The translations under genes were made by a program, and so were the position numbers. A stretch of DNA of 64,000 nucleotides, taken from assembly GCA_043827405.1 (NCBI GenBank), contig JBDRPD010000050.1:1-64000 (forward strand). The letters are read 5' to 3'. Below, in pieces: positions 49,415-57,084 of the stretch. This DNA is from Elusimicrobiota bacterium (GTDB lineage: Bacteria > Elusimicrobiota > Elusimicrobia > UBA1565). The first letter of the stretch is position 1. Every line of letters starts with the position of its first letter. Under the pieces are notes generated by a model. That model was not told the DNA's origin, searched no databases, and worked only from the letters and a program-made list of their open reading frames with translations.

Positions 49415-50344
49415 ATGCTTGGGGATATCTTCTTCCTGTGTGCGGGGCTCGGGGGCCTGATCGTTGGGGCCGAGGTACTGATCAGGGGCGGGAGCCGCCT
49501 CGCCGCCATCTGGGGCCTTCGACCGATCATCATCGGTTTGACCGTGGTGGCCTTTGGGACGTCCGCTCCCGAGGCCGTCGTGAGCGTCTTGGCCGGCCTG
49601 CGGGAGCAGTCCGATGTGGCGATGGGGAACGTGGTCGGCAGCAACATCTTCAACATTGCCGCGATCCTCGGATTGGCGAGTCTGATCCGACCCCTGGCCG
49701 TACAAGCCGACTCGATCCGGCGTGAGGTCCCTTTTGCCGTAGGCTCCGCCGTGCTGCTCTGGGTCTTGTGTATTGACGGCCGGCTCGGAGTTCTCGACGG
49801 CTTGCTGCTGCTGGGCTGCTTTGCATTCTTCAACGCGATGGTATTCCGCTGGGTCCGGTCGGCAGACGAGGCGAATACCCGGGAACGGGGAAGCGGTGGG
49901 GTCAGGTCCTCAGGCGGCCTCTGTTTACTGGGCTTGGCCTTGCTGGTCGCGGGCGCGCACTGGTTCGTGGATGGATCGGTCGCGTTGGCGCGGGCCTGGG
50001 GGGTGAGCGAGCTCTTCATCGGGCTCACCATCGTGGCTGCCGGGACATCCCTGCCGGAGTTGGCGACATCCGTAATGGGGGCGGTGCGCGGGAAGGATGA
50101 TCTGGCCATCGGCAATGTCGTCGGCAGCAACATCTTCAATATCCTCCTCATTCTGGGGCTGGCGGCCATGATCCATCCGCTCACGGTCGCGCCATCGCTT
50201 CTGCGCCGGGACATCCCGGTGATGATCGCCTTGACGCTGGTCCTCGTCCCGGTCATGCGTTCCGGCTTCCGGATTTCCCGCCTCGAAGGGTGCCTTCTTG
50301 TGGCGGCCTATGGGACATACCTATACTACGCCTCGGTTCGTTAG
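49415..50344 (+). CDS. calcium/sodium antiporter (YrbG family)
   Basis: Two alpha repeats GTSAPE/GTSLPE with GNVVGSNIFN. Confidence 0.93.
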   Translation: MLGDIFFLCAGLGGLIVGAEVLIRGGSRLAAIWGLRPIIIGLTVVAFGTSAPEAVVSVLAGLREQSDVAMGNVVGSNIFNIAAILGLASLIRPLAVQADSIRREVPFAVGSAVLLWVLCIDGRLGVLDGLLLLGCFAFFNAMVFRWVRSADEANTRERGSGGVRSSGGLCLLGLALLVAGAHWFVDGSVALARAWGVSELFIGLTIVAAGTSLPELATSVMGAVRGKDDLAIGNVVGSNIFNILLILGLAAMIHPLTVAPSLLRRDIPVMIALTLVLVPVMRSGFRISRLEGCLLVAAYGTYLYYASVR

Positions 50345-50373
50345 CAAGAAATTGATTATTCGACGGGTGGTCG

Positions 50374-50479
50374 AACCTTGCCAAGGTAGAGACGGCGGTT
50401 CGATTCCGCTCGCCCGCTCCAGATTTTAAGTGACGTGCCGCACGCCGGAGCAAAGATAGACCAAGGCTTCGGCGTTTTC
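50374..50479 (+). repeat. tRNA-Gly(GCC) 3' fragment (50374-50421) and direct repeat copy 2
   Basis: AACC TT GCC AA GGT...GGCGGTTCGATTCCGCTCGCCCGCTCCA; no 5' acceptor strand or D-arm. Confidence 0.85.
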
Positions 50480-50491
50480 GCCTCTCCAGAA

Positions 50492-50520
50492 TTGAACCCC
50501 CGGCCCGGGAAAGCTATACT
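50492..50520 (+). promoter_or_regulatory. tRNA-Ser promoter
   Basis: TTGAAC-N17-TATACT. Confidence 0.75.
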
Positions 50521-50530
50521 GTCATCCGCC

Positions 50531-50632
50531 GGAAGGGTGCCATCCGCCGCAGGCGGATAGTGCCGCTCCTTAAGGATTACTGGAAGGGTGCAATCCGCCG
50601 CCGGCGGATAGTGCCGCTCCTCGGAAATTATA
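50531..50632 (+). repeat. two tandem 51-bp hairpin units, each starting with the first 10 nt of tRNA-Ser
   Basis: GGAAGGGTGC at 50531, 50582 and 50633; ATCCGCC-N3-GGCGGAT hairpin in each unit. Confidence 0.9.
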
Positions 50633-50719
50633 GGAAGGGTGCGTGAGCGGTTGAAACGAACACTCTCGAAAAGTGTCAGACAGGAAACTGTCTCGTGGGT
50701 TCGAATCCCACCCCTTCCG
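50633..50719 (+). tRNA. tRNA-Ser(CGA), CCA not encoded
   Basis: Acceptor GGAAGGG/CCCTTCC, anticodon arm ACACT-CTCGAAA-AGTGT, long variable arm, GTGGG-TTCGAAT-CCCAC. Confidence 0.96.
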
Positions 50720-50808
50720 CCCTATTTTCTAATAAGTTTAAGGTATTGGACTGGCGGAGTTTGTTCGTAAGGTGTCCCACTCCGCCCGCCAGATTTGAGG
50801 TTACAACC

Positions 50809-51303
50809 ATGAGCAAAAAAGATATCCACGGCGAGCCCGAACACTACGAGAAGCCGAAGCAAAAGAAGTGGTGGCAGAAGGAATGGGACCCCATCGGCAA
50901 CCTGGTCGCCAAAGTCTCCAAGTCGGGAACGGCTCTCCCCGAAACCGCTCCGGACAAGGCGGGCGAACAAAAGGAACCCCAGGAGTCCGCCCCCGACATG
51001 AAGGAGCTCGAGAAGAAGGGGCTCCTCGGCAAATTCTACCGCCACTGGAAGGACCCGGCCTTCAAGAAGCAGCTGCAGGCCGTAGCCGAGCGCATGAAGG
51101 CCGACGGCGTCGACGTCAAGAACCAAAACGCCGTCAAGGCCTGGGTGCAGGCCCACCAGAAGGAAATCGAGTCCGGAAAGATTCAGTCCCCAACCACGTC
51201 GCAGGTAAAGACCTTCGTCAAGGACAAGCCCTCGGTCGGCCGCAACGAGCCCTGCCCCTGCGGCAGCAAGAAGAAGTACAAGAAATGCTGCGCCCGGAAC
51301 TAG
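50809..51303 (+). CDS. SEC-C motif protein
   Basis: C-terminal VGRNEPCPCGSKKKYKKCC. Confidence 0.85.
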   Translation: MSKKDIHGEPEHYEKPKQKKWWQKEWDPIGNLVAKVSKSGTALPETAPDKAGEQKEPQESAPDMKELEKKGLLGKFYRHWKDPAFKKQLQAVAERMKADGVDVKNQNAVKAWVQAHQKEIESGKIQSPTTSQVKTFVKDKPSVGRNEPCPCGSKKKYKKCCARN

Positions 51304-51310
51304 CCGCGGG

Positions 51311-52681
51311 CTAGCCGAACAGCAGCCAGCTCGCCAGCAGCAGATACGACGCCGTCCCGATAATATCGGTCAAGGTCGTCACCAGCGGACCCGTCGCCGT
51401 CGCCGGGTCGACCCCCACCCGCCGGAACATCAGCGGCACCATGGCGCCCAAAGTCGCCGCCACCACCATAGAGACGAGCGCTCCCAGCCCCGTCACGAAG
51501 GCGAACAGCGCGCCGAAACGGCTGCCGTAAAAAGCATAGGACACGCAGAACATCAGCACGCTGACGCCCAGGCCCAGCAGGAGGCCGACCTGGAAGTCGC
51601 GGAGCACCGCCTCCCGCCCGCCCTCCTGGTCGATCTCGCCGGTCGACAAGCCGCGCACCATGATGATGGCGCTCTGCGAGCCGATATTGCCGCCCAAGGC
51701 CGCGATCAGCGGGATAAAGGTGGCCAGCGCCACAATCCGGGAAAGCTGGACCTCAAAGAACCAGATCACCAAAGCCACCATGATCTGCCCCACGCAGGTC
51801 ACCGTCATCCACGGGGCGCGCAGCCGCGCCGCTTCCCAGGCCGTCTGCGGCTCTTCGAACTCGTCGGCATGGGTACCGAACATCTTGGCGATATCCTCTT
51901 CGGTCTCCTCTTCGACGACCTCGATGATATCGGTATCGAGGACCACGCCGATGAGCTTGCGCGCGCGGTCGACGACCGGCGCGCTGCCGAGCTTGTAATG
52001 GGCGAAGATCTGCGCCGCTTCTTCCTGGTCCATCTCCGGCGACAGGATCTCGGGATCGACGTTCATGAGCTCGCGGATCTGGGTGGCCGACGGCGCGACG
52101 ACGAGCTTCTTGAGAGACACCGTCCCCTTGAGCATCTCCTCCTGATCGACCACGAACAAAGTGTCCAGGAACTTGGTCTCGATCTGCCGCAGCAAAGTGC
52201 TGCCGTGGATGGAGTCGAGAGCCTTGCGGCAGGTCCAGTCGATATTAAGCTGAACGTAGTTCGAGCGCATCAGCGCGCCGACGCTCTCGTCCGGATACTT
52301 CAGGTAGCGCTCCACCTCTTCGTCCTTGTCGTCCTTGCGCAGGATCTCGCGCAAGGCGCGCACGATGGGCGGCGCCAGCTCGCGCATGATGCGCCCGGTC
52401 TCGGTCGGATCGAGATCCTCGACGAGCTCGTGCACCTCCTCGTCCTCCAGGGCGGTCAGCAGCTCCTCCTGGTGCTCAGCCTCCAGCTCCTCGAACAGCT
52501 GCAGGGCGCGCTGCCGGGGCAGCAGCTTGAACAGCACCATGCGCTCGTCGTCGTCGAAGTGCTCCCAGCCCTCCACCAGGTCGAACGGGCTGATCACGCG
52601 CAGCGCCGAGCGTACCGAGGTGAAGTCCCGGGACTCGAGCAGCTCCTTGAGATCGGAGAGAAAAATCTGGATCGTACGCAT
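51311..52681 (-). CDS. mgtE: magnesium transporter MgtE
   Basis: N-domain, CBS pair, GGNIGSQS, DPATATGPLVTT..DIIG. Confidence 0.93.
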   Translation of the reverse strand: MRTIQIFLSDLKELLESRDFTSVRSALRVISPFDLVEGWEHFDDDERMVLFKLLPRQRALQLFEELEAEHQEELLTALEDEEVHELVEDLDPTETGRIMRELAPPIVRALREILRKDDKDEEVERYLKYPDESVGALMRSNYVQLNIDWTCRKALDSIHGSTLLRQIETKFLDTLFVVDQEEMLKGTVSLKKLVVAPSATQIRELMNVDPEILSPEMDQEEAAQIFAHYKLGSAPVVDRARKLIGVVLDTDIIEVVEEETEEDIAKMFGTHADEFEEPQTAWEAARLRAPWMTVTCVGQIMVALVIWFFEVQLSRIVALATFIPLIAALGGNIGSQSAIIMVRGLSTGEIDQEGGREAVLRDFQVGLLLGLGVSVLMFCVSYAFYGSRFGALFAFVTGLGALVSMVVAATLGAMVPLMFRRVGVDPATATGPLVTTLTDIIGTASYLLLASWLLFG

Positions 52682-52714
52682 GGGTGAAGTTTAGCAAACT
52701 GATATAGTACCGCG

Positions 52715-53941
52715 ATGGGACTGCCGCGGCTGCGGGCACTGGACGCCACCCCGATGGAGGAGCAGGGCGAACGGATAATCGTCCTGCGCGACCCCGAAGG
52801 CTACACCGACCTGCTCATGCTGCTCTCGCCCGTCGAAGCGCTGGTCGCCTTCCAGCTCAACGGACGACTCGGCGCCCGCGAGATCGCCGACCAGGTGGTC
52901 GCGCAGACCGGCCTCAAAAGCTTCCCGGTCGAATTTATCGAGCTTCTGGTCGCCAAGCTCGATGAAAACTACATGCTCGACTCCAAGCGCTTCGCCGCGC
53001 GCAAGAAGCAGGTCCTCGACGACTTCCGCCGCGCCAAGGTCCGGCCGTCTTTGCTCGCCGGCCGCGGCTACTCCGCCCAGCCCGCGAAGCTGACCCGCGA
53101 ACTGGACGCCTTTTTCCTGGCGGACGGCGCCCCCGGCCGGCGCCCGGAGCCGGACGGCAGCGCCCCGCCCAGCGGCCTGGTCGCGCCGCATATCGATTTT
53201 CAGCGCGGCAAGGCGGGCTATGCCTGGGCCTACGGCGAAATCCTGCGCTCGGGGCTGGCCGACCTCTACGTGATCCTGGGCGTCGCCCATGCCTCGCCGT
53301 CGACGCCGATCGTGCTGACGGAAAAAGACTACGACACCCCGTTCGGCCCCGCACGCGTCGACGCCGAGCTGGCCCGGGCCTTCGCGGACGGCGTCCCCTT
53401 CGACCTGCGCCTCGACGAGCTGACGCACCGCAGCGAACATTCTATCGAAATGCAGGCGGTCCTCCTCAAGTACGCCCAGAAGAAGCTGGGCGGCGAGTTC
53501 AGGATTCTGCCGCTGCTCTGCTCGTCCGCGGACCTCGAGGGCTGCGACCCGGGAGAGCGGACCACCGCCGTGCTCGACCGGCTGGAACAGCTGCTGCGCG
53601 GCTATCCGGGCAAGGTCTGCCTGCTGGCGAGCGTGGACCTCGCCCATATCGGCCCCTGCTTCGGCGACGAAAAGGAAGTCGACGAGGCGTTTCTCGCCGA
53701 AACGAAAAAGCGGGACCATGAGGGCCTCGAGCGCCTGCTGGCGCAGGACGCCGCGGGCTTTCTCGACTCCGTAATGCGCGACGACAACCGCCGCAAGGTC
53801 TGCGGGGTGAGCGCGCTCCACGCCTTCTCGCGCCTGCACGGAAAGCTGTTTCCGAACGCCGCGGGCGAACTGCTGCACTACGGCCACGCCGCCGATCCGA
53901 CCGGCGGCGAAGTCACCTTCGCCAGCATGTCCTTCCGGTGA
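52715..53941 (+). CDS. Memo-like protein (AmmeMemoRadiSam system protein B)
   Basis: LVAPHID, EHSIEMQ, ASVDLAHIG, VCG. Confidence 0.9.
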   Translation: MGLPRLRALDATPMEEQGERIIVLRDPEGYTDLLMLLSPVEALVAFQLNGRLGAREIADQVVAQTGLKSFPVEFIELLVAKLDENYMLDSKRFAARKKQVLDDFRRAKVRPSLLAGRGYSAQPAKLTRELDAFFLADGAPGRRPEPDGSAPPSGLVAPHIDFQRGKAGYAWAYGEILRSGLADLYVILGVAHASPSTPIVLTEKDYDTPFGPARVDAELARAFADGVPFDLRLDELTHRSEHSIEMQAVLLKYAQKKLGGEFRILPLLCSSADLEGCDPGERTTAVLDRLEQLLRGYPGKVCLLASVDLAHIGPCFGDEKEVDEAFLAETKKRDHEGLERLLAQDAAGFLDSVMRDDNRRKVCGVSALHAFSRLHGKLFPNAAGELLHYGHAADPTGGEVTFASMSFR

Positions 53942-54336
53942 TCAACACCCTCCTGCTGGCCTGTACCGGAATAGCGATGGAAGTATTCTTCACCGCCGCC
54001 GCCGGCCTGCGCCGAACACGCGATCCGAAACTAGCGGGACATACGACGCTGTGGATGTTCCCGATTTACGCCTTGGTCTATCCGGCGCTGAGCGCGCTGT
54101 GGCCGACGATCGGCGGCCGGCCCTGGTACGCGCGCGGAGCCCTCTCCGTGCTTCTTATTTATGCCGTCGAGTACGCGAGCGGCTGGCTGATCCGCCGGAT
54201 CGCCGGCCTCTGCCCCTGGGATTACGGCCGGACGCGCTGGGCGGTGCACGGCCTCATCCGCCTGGACTTCGCGCCCGCCTGGCTGGCCGCCGCCTTCATA
54301 TTCGAGCGGCTGTTTCTCTACCTGTCGGGGATTTAA
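53938..54336 (+). CDS. small membrane protein (CmpB/TMEM229-like)
   Basis: GHTTLWMFPIY, EYASG, CPWDY, LIRLDFAPAW. Confidence 0.8.
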   Translation: MINTLLLACTGIAMEVFFTAAAGLRRTRDPKLAGHTTLWMFPIYALVYPALSALWPTIGGRPWYARGALSVLLIYAVEYASGWLIRRIAGLCPWDYGRTRWAVHGLIRLDFAPAWLAAAFIFERLFLYLSGI

Positions 54337-54351
54337 GATAAGGGCGAGGCG

Positions 54352-54882
54352 TCAGAGCCGCACTTCTTCCAGCAGCGAGGAGATATGCTTCTCCTGTTCG
54401 GCGAGGCCGCGCTCGAGCTTCTTTCCCGGGCGCTGGCGCTCGTCACAGGCGGGCCACAGCTCGATTTCTTCCTGGCGGAAGTGCCGGTGTAGGCGCTCGC
54501 TGAGACTGGCGAGCGTGCCCTTCAGATAAGAGTAATTCCCCTCATCAAGGTTTTCGAGCACAAAGCGCAGGGCGTCCTGCAGGTCTTCGCGATCCTGGCG
54601 TCCGCGCTCGATCGCGCGGCGCGAAGCCCCGTCCCGGCTTCGCCGGGACTGCGCGCCTGGATTCCGCCTGGAGGCGCGGCCGTGCTTTCGCTTGTCGCCC
54701 CGGGGAGCGAACACCAGGCGCTCGACTTCTTCATGGCGGGTCAGCGACTGCTGAAAGGCGCGGAGGATTGTCTCGACGTGGGAGCAGGCCCGCGGGGAAT
54801 CATCGGCGAACTGCTGCTCCAGGAGCTCCAGCATCTCCTGAAAAAGCTCATGCTCTTTCTTGAGATGATCAAGAACCGTCAT
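54352..54882 (-). CDS. hemerythrin/HHE domain protein
   Basis: LKKEH, HEEVE..VF, HFRQEE..LWP. Confidence 0.7.
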   Translation of the reverse strand: MTVLDHLKKEHELFQEMLELLEQQFADDSPRACSHVETILRAFQQSLTRHEEVERLVFAPRGDKRKHGRASRRNPGAQSRRSRDGASRRAIERGRQDREDLQDALRFVLENLDEGNYSYLKGTLASLSERLHRHFRQEEIELWPACDERQRPGKKLERGLAEQEKHISSLLEEVRL

Positions 54883-55030
54883 GAGAATATTATAGGTGAT
54901 ACAACGACCCCTTGAGCAATGACATTGATCATCCTCAACGCGGCAAATCAAACTTTCGGCTTGACTCCGCTCCTCTACAGTTCTCTCGCTGCGGAGTATC
55001 CTGTGGTTAGAAATTTTGGAGGTGAATGAC

Positions 55031-55294
55031 ATGATCGAAATCCTAATGATGCTTACCCTGAGCGCGGCGAACCCGCAGCCCATAATGACCGCCCAGTTTC
55101 AGCCGTGCGTGTGGCCCAACCCCTGCGGTCAGCAGGAAGAGACGGTTGAGCTGGCTTCCGACTACGAAATCTGCGTCTGGCCGAGGAAGTGCGGCGGCAA
55201 GGCAAAGGAGACGGTCGAAGTGGCGCAGTTTCAGCCCTGCGTGATGCCCAACCCGTGCAGCGTGCAGGGGAAAGAGCCGGAGACTTTGGTCTAA
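55031..55294 (+). CDS. secreted multi-core Cys-rich peptide precursor
   Basis: GGAGGTGA SD; three 22-aa units with CV(W/M)PxxC; own terminator. Confidence 0.75.
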   Translation: MIEILMMLTLSAANPQPIMTAQFQPCVWPNPCGQQEETVELASDYEICVWPRKCGGKAKETVEVAQFQPCVMPNPCSVQGKEPETLV

Positions 55295-55314
55295 CAGCCG
55301 CCGGCTCCGCAGCG

Positions 55315-55341
55315 AACCCCCGCATCCGCGGGGGTTTTTTA
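55315..55341 (+). terminator. rho-independent terminator
   Basis: AACCCCCGC-ATCC-GCGGGGG-TTTTTT. Confidence 0.88.
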
Positions 55342-55367
55342 TTGCCTGCGCAGGCGTTAAGGATACC

Positions 55368-56279
55368 TCAATGCGCGCCGGTTTGGGCTCTGCGCAGTCC
55401 GCTCGACACCAGCAGGCAGGAGCCCGCGAGCGCCGCGAAGCCGCCCGCCAGCTTGAGCGCGCCGGGAAGCTCGCTCCCGAGCGCGGCCGCCGCCGCCAGC
55501 ACCAGGACCGGGTGCTGCGCCGTGATCAGCGCGACCTTGCTGACTTCGATCGCCTGGATCGCCTTGAAGCGGACCGTGATGTGGAAAAACGGACCGACGA
55601 TGCCGCCGGCGATGAGGATGCCGAGATGCTCCCACGGCGGCAAAGACGGCCCCCGGCCGCGGGCGAGGAAGATCGCGCACGGGACCAGCAGCAGCGCCCA
55701 GTTGCGCAAGTTCGCCAGAGCCATCGGCTCCTCGCTCTCCAGGAGACGCTTGACCACCACCTGGTTTAAGCCCCAGACCCCGTTGGAAATAAGCAGCAGC
55801 GTGAGGCCGGCGATCCCCGCTCCCTCGGAGGTATAGGCGATCATGCCCAGGCCCAGGACGATGAGCGCCGCTCCGGCCGCTTCGCCGACGGCGAAGCGCT
55901 CGCGCAGGATCAGGATCCCGAACAGCAGGACATAGAAGACGTGCGACTGGGAGATAAAGGAAGCCATGGAGGACGATACGTGCCGCAGGCCGAAGAAGAA
56001 CAGCACCGCCGCCGTCACCTCGAAGAGCACGAAGACCGCGACCCAGCCGGCCTTGCGGCGTGAGAAGCTCCAAGGAGCGGCCCGCGGCCGCAGTATGCTT
56101 AGAGGGATAAAGCCTATCTGCGCGGCCAGATACCAGTAGAAGAAGAACTCGGGCAGGGCCACGCGCGCGACTCCCTCTTTGCCAAGGATGAAGATTCCGG
56201 CGCCGCAAACCAGAACAATCAGCGAATAACCGATCCCGCGCAGACTCCGCGTCCAAGCATTATCCGCTGCCGGCTCCAT
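55368..56279 (-). CDS. EamA/DMT family transporter
   Basis: About 10 TM in two repeats; LILRERF, GSELPG. Confidence 0.82.
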   Translation of the reverse strand: MEPAADNAWTRSLRGIGYSLIVLVCGAGIFILGKEGVARVALPEFFFYWYLAAQIGFIPLSILRPRAAPWSFSRRKAGWVAVFVLFEVTAAVLFFFGLRHVSSSMASFISQSHVFYVLLFGILILRERFAVGEAAGAALIVLGLGMIAYTSEGAGIAGLTLLLISNGVWGLNQVVVKRLLESEEPMALANLRNWALLLVPCAIFLARGRGPSLPPWEHLGILIAGGIVGPFFHITVRFKAIQAIEVSKVALITAQHPVLVLAAAAALGSELPGALKLAGGFAALAGSCLLVSSGLRRAQTGAH

Positions 56280-56407
56280 GGCGACAGCATAGCTAATAGA
56301 AGGCCATTTATCCTTAATTTTTATACGAATACTTCTAGGCCTCAAGTCCCTTATACGACCTCCCCTTCGGCCCAGGCGCAAACCCGCGAACCGCCCATAC
56401 TATGAAT

Positions 56408-57013
56408 ATGAAGCTGTCGCATGCCCTGATTCCGTTCGTTGCCGCCCTGCTGCTCTCGGCAGGCTTCGCCGCGGCGGAAGCGCCGCCCGTCCGGGGAGGA
56501 GCGGTGCCGCGGCACCTGAAGCTTCCGCTTCTTAAGGTCGTTCCCGCACCCACTTTTTACGCCGACTTCTGCGACCGGTACCCCGGCGACTGCGACTTAT
56601 CGGGCCCGGGGACGATCACGCTCACGCCCGAAATTTGGCGCCAGCTCGATTCCGTGAACCGGGAGGTCAACGGCGCATTCAAGCTTATACCGGACGCCGA
56701 GCATACCGGCGGCCAGTTCGAGGAGTTCTGGGACTACCTCGACCCGGGCTACGGCGACTGCGAGGATTTCGCTCTTGAGAAGCGCCGCCGCCTGGTCAAG
56801 CTCGGCCTGCCGCGCGGAGCGCTGCGCATGACCACGGCCTTCCATAAGGAATTGCTTTATCCTCACGCCATACTCCTCGTAGAAACCAGCCAAGGGACGC
56901 TGGTGCTCGACCAGGAATCGCAATCCATCGACTACTGGGACGAGAAGCCGCTGATGTACGAGAAGCGCGAGCGCCAAGACGGCCGCTGGGAAGTGTTCGA
57001 GGTGGATTGGTAA
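56408..57013 (+). CDS. transglutaminase-like cysteine peptidase (BTLCP/C93)
   Basis: Signal peptide; GDCEDFALEKR, HAILLV, LVLD. Confidence 0.9.
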   Translation: MKLSHALIPFVAALLLSAGFAAAEAPPVRGGAVPRHLKLPLLKVVPAPTFYADFCDRYPGDCDLSGPGTITLTPEIWRQLDSVNREVNGAFKLIPDAEHTGGQFEEFWDYLDPGYGDCEDFALEKRRRLVKLGLPRGALRMTTAFHKELLYPHAILLVETSQGTLVLDQESQSIDYWDEKPLMYEKRERQDGRWEVFEVDW

Positions 57014-57045
57014 GATAGACCCGCTGCGGCCTGTCAACACCGATC

Positions 57046-57072
57046 CAGTAAAGGTGCCAGGCACCTTTACTG
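57046..57072. repeat. perfect 27-bp palindrome (REP-like)
   Basis: CAGTAAAGGTGCC-A-GGCACCTTTACTG. Confidence 0.7.
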
Positions 57073-57084
57073 AGCACCATATCC

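Noticed and set aside
50531..50642. CRISPR array
   Set aside because: Only two units with ~11-nt variable parts, the repeat begins with tRNA sequence, and there are no cas genes.
52715..53941. Complete AmmeMemoRadiSam system
   Set aside because: No AMMECR1 gene or cognate radical SAM is adjacent.
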